From Myxococcota bacterium (GTDB taxonomy: Bacteria; Myxococcota_A; UBA796; SXON01), in the NCBI GenBank assembly GCA_049322475.1, contig JBMOQZ010000316.1, positions 918 to 64,917 of the forward strand: 64,000 bases of DNA, in the 5' to 3' direction. Numbering within the stretch: position 1 is the first letter of the stretch; each line of letters opens with the position of its first letter. Under the pieces are notes generated by a model. The model saw nothing but the letters and a program-made list of their open reading frames with translations, did no database searches and was not told the origin of the DNA. The translations under genes and the position numbers were made by a program. Positions 9,259 through 16,685 of the stretch are shown here, in pieces.

Positions 9259-9592
9259 GGTCACCGGCGAGGGACCTGCCGAGCAGGGGGGCCCTCGGCG
9301 ACCGCTGGGCGGTCACGGACGGGGGGCCTGCCGAGCAGGGGGGCCCTCCATGACCGCGGGGCGGTCACGGACGGTGGACCTGCCGAGCAGGGGTGCCCTC
9401 GGCGACCGCTGGGCGGTCATGGAGGAGGGACCTGCCGAGCAGGGGGGCCCTCGGCGACCGCTGGGCGATCACGGACGGGGGGCCTGCCGAGCAGGGGTGC
9501 CTTCGGCGACCGCTGGGCGGTCATGGAGGGGGGACCTGCCGAGCAGGGGGGCCCTCGGCGACCGCTGGGCGGTCATGGAGGGGGGACCTGCC
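9259..9592. repeat. Tandem array, 6.4 copies of a 52-bp double-hairpin unit (family REP-52)
   Basis: The anchor CCTGCC recurs at 9275, 9327, 9379, 9431, 9483, 9535 and 9587, an exact 52-nt period. Each unit holds GACCGC-TGG-GCGGTC and CCTGC-CGA-GCAGG hairpins. The array fills the convergent intergenic gap 9254..9624. Confidence 0.95.
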
Positions 9593-9624
9593 TATCTGGA
9601 GGACTGCGGGGCGGCCCCCCGGCT

Positions 9625-10644
9625 TCAGTTCCGCATCCGGCCCGGGCTGTCGATGCACCCCACGTCGACGTCGAGCCAGTTCTCCTTCCCGTCGTCGTCC
9701 CAGTCCTCCTGACAGTCGGGTGTTCCGTGCCCGTCGGGGTCGACGCGCGCCCCCTCGTCCACGACGCCGTCGCGGTCGTTGTCCCTCCCGTCGCAGTCCG
9801 AGCCGAAGTGGTAGCAGGAGGGCTCGCCGGCGTAGCCGTTGTCGACGTAGCGGTAGCTGGCCTCCTCGCCGTACACGCACGCGGGCTCCGCCAGCCGCAC
9901 GAAGAAGTCCCGGGGCGCCACCCCGTCGTCGCTCCAGCCGTCCACGTGCGCGTACAGCGAGCCCGTCCAGGTCCCCTGCCCCCACCCGTACGGCGTCGCC
10001 GCCGCGCCCGCGTCGGAGATGCAGAGCCACAGGTACGTCTCGTCGACCCGGCTGGAGGCCGCCGGCCCGTCCGCGTGGTCGCCGATCGAGAGCTCGCCCC
10101 ACGCCCGGGTCGACGTCGTGGGGACCCCCTGCCAGACGGGGTACCACGGCGACGCCGCGAAGAAGGGCAGCGGGAGCCGGGCCCCGCCTTCCGCGCCGAC
10201 CGCGAACCCGAACCCCCCGTAGCTCGGCCAGTCCACCGCCGCGCGCCAGGCGTTGTCCCGGTCCCCGGTCTCGTCGGGCTCGCACGTGGTCGGCGCGCCC
10301 GCGAGGTCGACGCCGTCGACGTCCACGGAGGTCGTCCCGTCCGAGTCCCGCAGCTTCAGCCGGAACCCCGACGCCTGGTCCAACCCGAACCAGACGGGCT
10401 CGGTGAGCCCGCCGTCGCGCGCGGGGACCGCCTCCGGGGGGGACGACGGGCACGCGCCCGACAACGCCACGCCCACCTCCAGCTCCGCCACCCAGGCCGG
10501 CCACGCGGGGAACGCCGGAAGCACGGACTGCGTCGCGACTCCTTCGCTCGTGCAGCCGCCCACCACGACAGATGCGCTCACGACGAGGGAACGAAAACGG
10601 CGCCGCCCGGGCCACGTCCGCCCCTCCCCCCGAGGCGACGTCAG
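9625..10644 (-). CDS. Lipoprotein with a C-terminal MopE-type Cys/Asp putative metal-binding motif; start codon uncertain
   Basis: The 3' part of track ORF 9625..12591 is protein-like, with signal/lipobox RRRFRSLVVSASVVVGGC and C-terminal CDGRDNDRDGVVDEG. No ATG/GTG/TTG lies upstream of the signal peptide. The proposed start is CTG 10644, overlapping the upstream stop (CTGA). Confidence 0.6.
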   Translation of the reverse strand: MTSPRGEGRTWPGRRRFRSLVVSASVVVGGCTSEGVATQSVLPAFPAWPAWVAELEVGVALSGACPSSPPEAVPARDGGLTEPVWFGLDQASGFRLKLRDSDGTTSVDVDGVDLAGAPTTCEPDETGDRDNAWRAAVDWPSYGGFGFAVGAEGGARLPLPFFAASPWYPVWQGVPTTSTRAWGELSIGDHADGPAASSRVDETYLWLCISDAGAAATPYGWGQGTWTGSLYAHVDGWSDDGVAPRDFFVRLAEPACVYGEEASYRYVDNGYAGEPSCYHFGSDCDGRDNDRDGVVDEGARVDPDGHGTPDCQEDWDDDGKENWLDVDVGCIDSPGRMRN

Positions 10645-12998
10645 CGCCCCCGCCACAAATACACCGCGCCCTCGCCGGGGGCGCCGACGAGCACGTCGTC
10701 GAAGCCGTCGCCGTCGGTGTCGCCGGCGTTGTCCAGCCCGATGCCGGCGTACTGCCTCTCCGCCTCGCCGAGGAGCTTCAGGTCCGCGGCCGACAGGTCG
10801 ATGGAGCCCGAGAAGGGGCCGTAGAGCAGGTACGCCGCGCCCGCGGAGTACCCGGCGTCGTCGTCGCCCGTCGCGCCGATGAGCACGTCGGCGAACCCGT
10901 CGGCGTCGACGTCGCCCCCGCCGGCGACCTCCCAGCCCGCGTAGTCGTTCTCGGCCTCGCCGAGGAGCGTGGCGTCGGCGCTCGCGTCGGTCGCGTCGCC
11001 GGTCACCGGGCCGCGCCAGAGGTGGCCGCCCCCCACGGGCAACCCGCCGACGTACAGGGAGGGGGCGCCGGAGACGACGTCGTCGTAGCCGTCGCCGTCC
11101 ACGTCGCCCGCGCCGGCCACGGCGACCCCCGCCAGCGTCCAGTCCGTGGAGCCCTCTCGCGACGCGTCCGCCGCCGAGAGCGACATCGTCCCGCTCACCG
11201 GGCCGTACACGAACCAGACCACGCCGCGGTACGTGCCGCCGCGCGCCGCGAACGGCCCGCCGATCGCGAGGTCGTCGAGGCCGTCGCCGTCGAGGTCGCC
11301 CGCGAAGGCGACGTCCCACCCGGCGGAGTCTTCGCTCCCCTCGCCCGTGAACGACGCGGAGGCGGTCGTGGCCGAGCCGCCCGACGAGACCGGCCCGAGG
11401 AACAGGTACGCCGTGCCCGGGTTCTCGCTGACGCCTTCCGGCGCGCCCACGAGCAGGTCGGCCTGGCCGTCGCCGTCCACGTCGCCGCCGCCGTCCAGCG
11501 CCTCCCCGAACTGGGCGCCGTCGGCCGCGCCGGTCAGGACCACGTCGGCGTCCGAGAGGTCGGTCGTGCCGCGGCGCGAGCCGTCGAGGAGGTAGACGGC
11601 GCCGGCGTCGGTGCCCGCGCGGTCGTTGTAGTGGGCGCCGATCCCGAGGTCCCGCACGCCGTCGCCGTCGAGGTCGCCGACGCCGGCGACCGCCTCGCCC
11701 GCCTCGTCGTTCTCGTCCTCGCCGAGGAAGGCGGCGTCCGCGCCGGAGAGCGAGCCCGACGCCAACGGCCCGAGCACGAGGTAGGCCTTGCCGCCGTCCG
11801 ACGCGTCGCGGCAGCCGATCAACACGTCGTCGAAGCCGTCGCCGTCGAGGTCGCCCACGCTCGCCACCTTGTAGCCGGCCCAGTCTCCCGTGCTCCCGGT
11901 GAGCGCCGCGTCGGCGGCGGAGACCGACACCACACACGCGATCGCGGCGGAGGCGTCGCCGTCGTCGCAGTCGTCGGAGTTGTCGACGAGGCCGGCCGGG
12001 GCGTCGCACGCGGACGCGGCGAGCGTGGAGCCGTAGCCGTCGGCGTCGGCGTCGACGTACCAGGAGTCGAGGTCGGTGGCGGAGGCGTCGTCGTCGTCGG
12101 CGAGGCCGTCGCAGTCCTCGTCGGTGTCGGCGTCGTCGCACACCTCCGCGGCGGCGGGCGAGACGGACGCGGTGGTGTCGTCGCAGTCGTCCGCGTTGGC
12201 GACGTGGCCGGCGGGCGCGTCGCAGTCCGTGGTCGCCTCGCCGGCCCCGTAGCCGTCGCCGTCGCCGTCGAGCCACCAGTCGCTCCCGACGCCCTCGTCG
12301 ACGGAGCCGTCGCAGTCCTCGTCGACGTCGTCGCAGGTCTCCACCCCGGCGGGCGACACCCGCGCGAGCGTGTCGTCGCAGTCGTCCGCGTTGGCGACGG
12401 AGCCGTCGGGCGCGTCGCAGGCCGTGGTCGCCTCGCCGGCCCCGTAGCCGTCGCCGTCGCCGTCGACCCACCAGTCGCTCCCGACACCCTCGTCGACGAA
12501 GCCGTCGCAGTCCTCGTCGACGTCGTCGCAGGTCTCCTGCGCGCCGGGAAAGACGCGGGGATCGGCGTCGTCGCAGTCGTCGCCGCCCCACGCCAACGCG
12601 TCGGCGCCGTCGCCGTCACCGTCGGGCGCTACCGCCGCGAATGCGACGGTCGCGGTGGCGGTGCCGCCAAACGTGTCGGTGACGACGAGGGTGACGGTCC
12701 AGTCGCCGGGGGCGAGCCCGTCGAGGGAGAAGGCGGCGAGCCCGGTGGCGTCCGGCGCGGCGGGGGCGCCGGAGAGGTCCATGTCGCCGGTCCACGCGAG
12801 GGCCAGCGCGTCGGCGGCGTCCTCGGCGTCGGCGACGCGCGCGCTCACGAGCACGGGCGCCTCCGCCGCGACCTCCGCCGCGGGCGCCTCGAACGCGGCC
12901 GACGGCGGCGCGTTCGCGGGGTCGGTCCCGGTGTCGGGCACGTCGGCGGAGTCGCCGAACTTCACGCTGTGCTGGCAGGCGACGAGGAGCGGGAGCAT
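10641..12998 (-). CDS. FG-GAP (integrin-alpha-like) repeat lipoprotein with MopE-type metal-binding modules
   Basis: ATG 12998 (MLPLLVAC lipobox) lies within track ORF 10641..13292. There are three DCDD...CDDxDxDCDG modules, then at least 7 repeats of GD(L/V)DGDGxDD(L/V)xxGAP. Confidence 0.85.
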   Translation of the reverse strand: MLPLLVACQHSVKFGDSADVPDTGTDPANAPPSAAFEAPAAEVAAEAPVLVSARVADAEDAADALALAWTGDMDLSGAPAAPDATGLAAFSLDGLAPGDWTVTLVVTDTFGGTATATVAFAAVAPDGDGDGADALAWGGDDCDDADPRVFPGAQETCDDVDEDCDGFVDEGVGSDWWVDGDGDGYGAGEATTACDAPDGSVANADDCDDTLARVSPAGVETCDDVDEDCDGSVDEGVGSDWWLDGDGDGYGAGEATTDCDAPAGHVANADDCDDTTASVSPAAAEVCDDADTDEDCDGLADDDDASATDLDSWYVDADADGYGSTLAASACDAPAGLVDNSDDCDDGDASAAIACVVSVSAADAALTGSTGDWAGYKVASVGDLDGDGFDDVLIGCRDASDGGKAYLVLGPLASGSLSGADAAFLGEDENDEAGEAVAGVGDLDGDGVRDLGIGAHYNDRAGTDAGAVYLLDGSRRGTTDLSDADVVLTGAADGAQFGEALDGGGDVDGDGQADLLVGAPEGVSENPGTAYLFLGPVSSGGSATTASASFTGEGSEDSAGWDVAFAGDLDGDGLDDLAIGGPFAARGGTYRGVVWFVYGPVSGTMSLSAADASREGSTDWTLAGVAVAGAGDVDGDGYDDVVSGAPSLYVGGLPVGGGHLWRGPVTGDATDASADATLLGEAENDYAGWEVAGGGDVDADGFADVLIGATGDDDAGYSAGAAYLLYGPFSGSIDLSAADLKLLGEAERQYAGIGLDNAGDTDGDGFDDVLVGAPGEGAVYLWRGR

Positions 12999-13391
12999 CG
13001 GGCACCTCACGCGTACACGGGACGCGCGAGTGTCGGAAAAGGATCTCACACCTCGCTGGAGCGTGACAGCGCCGCCGGCCGCCACGGTTCGTGCGCGGGA
13101 GGTGCAGAGCCCGCGCGACTGGGACGACTTCGGACCAGAGCCGGGCCGACTGGGACCATTCGCTTCTCCGGGGACTACGCCGAACGGACGAACGCCGATT
13201 TTGAGGGAGCGCTTCGCCTTCGGGGGGCGCCCCCGTTGCACTCGGGTCGGCTCTGCTCCGAAAGTGTCTCGTTCGAGCCGGCTCTGCTCCACTCGAAGGG
13301 CCGGGCCTCACGGAGCGGGGGTGGCCTCGGCAACCGCCGGGCGGTCAATGAGGGCCGCGCGAACCCCTCCGCCCGCGGGTACGCTCGCAGC

Positions 13392-13844
13392 GTGAGCCTC
13401 CTCCTCACGCTTGCCGCGTGCTGCGATTGCGGCGCCCTCGGCTCGTACCCTCGCGCCTGCGAGCTCCAGGCCCAGCCGGTCGAGGGGAACCTGACACCCG
13501 CCACGCCCGAAGCGGCGGGCGGCTGGCGCCTGACCTTCCCCGACGCGGTCGCGGGCCACCTCCGCGCGCGCGTGAGCCTCGCCAACTACGCGTACACGTC
13601 CGTGCGCGTGGCCCTGCACCTCGGCGGCGAGCAGGAAACGGACGAGGTCCTGCGCGGCGCCGCCGGCGACGACCCGGACACGGGCGGCCTCTCCGGCCCC
13701 GAGGTCGAGGTCGAGGGCGAAGCCGACGAGGTCGAGTGGCGCCTGACGCTCGAGGGCGAGGGCGACGTGACCGCGATCGTGAACGCGTTCGTCGTCGGCG
13801 AGCCCTGCGAGGCCGTCGAGGCGGGGACGGTGGAGGCGTGGTGA
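13392..13844 (+). CDS. Hypothetical small lipoprotein
   Basis: GTG 13392 gives VSLLLTLAAC (lipobox), in the frame of track ORF 10572..13844. The downstream sequence is acidic and protein-like. Confidence 0.55.
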   Translation: MSLLLTLAACCDCGALGSYPRACELQAQPVEGNLTPATPEAAGGWRLTFPDAVAGHLRARVSLANYAYTSVRVALHLGGEQETDEVLRGAAGDDPDTGGLSGPEVEVEGEADEVEWRLTLEGEGDVTAIVNAFVVGEPCEAVEAGTVEAW

Positions 13845-14419
13845 TCCTCCTCCTGCTCGGCTGCGTCTACGACGACGGCAGCTTCTCCGAGTGCATGCTG
13901 CAGACGAGCTACGACTGCGAGCGCGTCGCGTGGGCAGCGACGGAGCGCCCGGGCGCGGCGTTCGAGCTCGTCGCGGGGGCGGGGGTCGGCGACATGTCGG
14001 TCCACCTCACGCTCGCCGCGAACAACCCTTCCGCGACCGAGGACTGCCTCGTCGCCGTATACGCCGGCGAGGAGGAGCCCGACCCGGACGCGCTCGCCCC
14101 GCTCGACGCCGCGGCCGGCGCGCCCGATCGGCTCGGCGACGCCCGGCGGATCGACCAGGCCAACCTCGCCCACGAGTGGGGCACCGACACGGCCGACGGG
14201 GTGGCTCGCTGGGACACGGGCTGGGACGTCGGCCGCGACCCCGACGACCTGTACGTCTCTCTCAGCTGGGTCCTGACGCACCGGCAGGTCCACACCTGGG
14301 TCACCCTCGCCACGTGCGGGACGGTCCCGATCGAAGGGGAGGTGCTCGCCTGGGCCGAGTACGACTTCGCGGTGGTGCAGGACCCCCTCTACCGCTTCCG
14401 CCTCGACCGGACCTTCTGA
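13838..14419 (+). CDS. Hypothetical lipoprotein
   Basis: GTG 13838/13841 (VVILLLLGC lipobox) overlaps the stop of the previous gene (GTGGTGA). It lies in the frame of track ORF 13418..14419. Confidence 0.55.
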   Translation: MVILLLLGCVYDDGSFSECMLQTSYDCERVAWAATERPGAAFELVAGAGVGDMSVHLTLAANNPSATEDCLVAVYAGEEEPDPDALAPLDAAAGAPDRLGDARRIDQANLAHEWGTDTADGVARWDTGWDVGRDPDDLYVSLSWVLTHRQVHTWVTLATCGTVPIEGEVLAWAEYDFAVVQDPLYRFRLDRTF

Positions 14420-14420
14420 G

Positions 14421-16685
14421 TCACCTCACCTCGAACCCCCGCTCCACCCTCACCCCCTCCCCATCGACCAGCGTGAGCCGGTGCTCCCCCTTCGGCGGGT
14501 CCAACGCCAGCTCGTGCGGCGCGACGGTCGTGGCCAAAAACTCGCCGTCGAGGTGCCAGTACACCACCGCGTCGGGCTCGCGGTGGGTCGCGACGAACAC
14601 CACCCGCCCGCGCGACCCGTCGAGCTCCGTCGGCACGAAGATCGCGGTGTCCGCGGCGGGCGACACCACGGCGAGCGGGCTTCCGCCGGCGTCCTCGCAG
14701 CCCTCGCGCGCGGGGGGCAGCGGCCGGTAGCGCGCGTGGTGGCGCGTGTAGTAGGCCTCCATCCCCGCCGGCAGCACGAAGCGGGGCTCGCTCCGCAGCT
14801 CGCTCGCGGCGACACACCCCGCGTGCGCGCGGTTCCCCTCGGCGTCGAGGTGCACGAGCCGGCAGTAGCCGCAGCGCCCATCAGGGCGGGCGATCCGCGG
14901 GACCTCCTCGAGCCGCGTGTGCTCGCAGTCGGGGCCGGCGACCATGCCGCTCTCCTCGCACACCCGCACCGTCGTGAGCGCGTCGGGCTTCGCGAAGCTG
15001 CCGCGCCCGTCCAGCAGGTCGAACACGTCGAACAGGATCGGCGCCGCCGCCTGCGTGCCCGTCAGGCCCGGGCGACCCTCGCCGTCGGCGTTGCCGACCC
15101 ACACGGCGACGACGTGCTCCGGCGTCAACCCGATCGCCCACGCGTCGCGGAAGCCGAAGCTCGTGCCGGTCTTCCACGCGATCTCCTCGCTCCCCGCGAA
15201 CGAGCGCCACGCCGCGTCGGCGCCGGGGCGGTTCACCTCGAAGAGCGCGCGGATCGTCAGCCACGCGGCGCCCGCGTCGTACGGCGCCGGACGCTCCGTG
15301 CCGCCCTTCCCGCGCCACCGCATGACCGGCGGGATCCGGCCGTCGGGGTGCTGCGCGGAGAGCGCGAGGTCGCGGTAGGCGCCCGCGAGGTCCCAGAGCG
15401 TGCCCTCCGCGCCGCCGACGATCAGCGCGAGGCCATAGTCCTCCGCGGGGCGGAACAGCGTGGTGAGGCCGAGCTTGCGGAGCCGCCCGAGGAACCGCTC
15501 GACGGTGTGCTCGCGCAGCATCCACACCGCCGGCACGTTGCGCGAGCGCGCGAGCGCCTCGCTGGCCGGCACCGCGCCCTCGTAGGCGCGGTCGAAGTTC
15601 TCGGGCGAGAACCCGGCGAAGCGCGTGGGCACGTCCGGCACGAGCTCGTGCGGGAGGAGCTCGCCCGTCTCCACCATCGCCGCGTACAGCAGCGGCTTGA
15701 GCAGGCTCCCCGTGCTGCGCGGGGCGACCGCCACGTCGACGTACTCGCCCCGCCCCTCCCCGCTCGGCCGCACGTTGCCGACGTACGCGCGCACCTCGCC
15801 GGACTCCACCTCGGCGACGAGCACCGCCGCGTTGTGGACGCCGTTCCCGCGCAGCTGCGCGACGTGCCGGTCGGCGACGTCGAGCACGCGGGCCTGCAGT
15901 TGCCCGTCGAGCGTCGTGACGACGCGCTCGCCCCGGACGTGGCCGAGCAAGGGCAGGGCGTCCTGCGGGACCGGGCGCGGGGCGTCCGGCAGGGGCTCCA
16001 GCAGCGCCGCGGCGAGCGTGGCGCCGTCGAAGACGCCGTCGGCGTGCAGGTCGTGGAGCAGGCGGTCGCGCTTCGTTCGCAGGGCGTCGCGGCTGCGCCC
16101 GGGGTGCACGAGCGCCGGGCTGTTCGGCAGGACCGCGAGGGTCGCCGCCTCCGCCCACGTGAGCTCGTCCGGCGCGCGCCCGAAGTAGCGCCACGCGGCG
16201 GCCTCGATGCCCACGGTGTTGCCGCCGAAGGGCGCGTGCTCGGCGTAGTCGGCGAGGATCGCGTCCTTCGAGCGCGTGGCCGTCATCCGTACGGCGAGCA
16301 CCGCCTCGACCGCCTTCTCGCCCATCGTCCGCGGCGGGTTGCCGCGCGAGAGCCTCGCGACCTGCATCGTCAGCGTGCTCGCCCCGCTCGTCACGCGCCC
16401 GGCGCGCACGTTGTCGACGGCCGCGCGTGTCACGGAGAGCGGGTCGACGCCCGGGTGCCAGCGGTAGCGCCGGTCCTCGAAGCGCTCGACGGCGACCACG
16501 TACTTGTCGGGCAATTCGCCCGTGCCCGGGAACCGCCACTGCTCGTCGCTCGCGACGCTCGCCCCGAGGAGGTGGCCCTCGCGGTCGAGCACGACCGTGG
16601 AGAGCGGGCCCTCGGGGCGGACCACCGGGATCGCCGCGAACGCGACGAGGGCTAGTCCACAAGCTGCGAGGTGACCTCGACCCAC
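14421..16685 (-). CDS. pbpC: Penicillin-binding protein 1C (transglycosylase/transpeptidase)
   Basis: GT51 motifs FEDRRYRWHPGVD and GASTLTMQ. Transpeptidase SLLK within RSTGSLLKP, KTGTS, and the C-terminal PBP1C domain. GTG 16685 gives an N-terminal TM anchor and overlaps the A2M 3' end by 34 nt. The track ORF upstream part is artefact. Confidence 0.9.
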   Translation of the reverse strand: MGRGHLAACGLALVAFAAIPVVRPEGPLSTVVLDREGHLLGASVASDEQWRFPGTGELPDKYVVAVERFEDRRYRWHPGVDPLSVTRAAVDNVRAGRVTSGASTLTMQVARLSRGNPPRTMGEKAVEAVLAVRMTATRSKDAILADYAEHAPFGGNTVGIEAAAWRYFGRAPDELTWAEAATLAVLPNSPALVHPGRSRDALRTKRDRLLHDLHADGVFDGATLAAALLEPLPDAPRPVPQDALPLLGHVRGERVVTTLDGQLQARVLDVADRHVAQLRGNGVHNAAVLVAEVESGEVRAYVGNVRPSGEGRGEYVDVAVAPRSTGSLLKPLLYAAMVETGELLPHELVPDVPTRFAGFSPENFDRAYEGAVPASEALARSRNVPAVWMLREHTVERFLGRLRKLGLTTLFRPAEDYGLALIVGGAEGTLWDLAGAYRDLALSAQHPDGRIPPVMRWRGKGGTERPAPYDAGAAWLTIRALFEVNRPGADAAWRSFAGSEEIAWKTGTSFGFRDAWAIGLTPEHVVAVWVGNADGEGRPGLTGTQAAAPILFDVFDLLDGRGSFAKPDALTTVRVCEESGMVAGPDCEHTRLEEVPRIARPDGRCGYCRLVHLDAEGNRAHAGCVAASELRSEPRFVLPAGMEAYYTRHHARYRPLPPAREGCEDAGGSPLAVVSPAADTAIFVPTELDGSRGRVVFVATHREPDAVVYWHLDGEFLATTVAPHELALDPPKGEHRLTLVDGEGVRVERGFEVR

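Noticed and set aside
9259-9592. Possibility that the 52-bp arrays (also 22826..22968 and 23838..24010) are CRISPR arrays
   Set aside because: The units are directly abutting with a strict 52-nt period and no unique spacers between them. No cas genes are in the window. They are tandem REP-like repeats, not CRISPR.
8950-10824. ORFs running through the repeat array (8950..10824, 9350..9712, 9393..10406, and 23844..24035 at the other array)
   Set aside because: Their sequences are periodic translations of the 52-bp unit (…GPAEQGGPRRPLGGHGGG…). They continue into antisense frames of real genes, so they are spurious.
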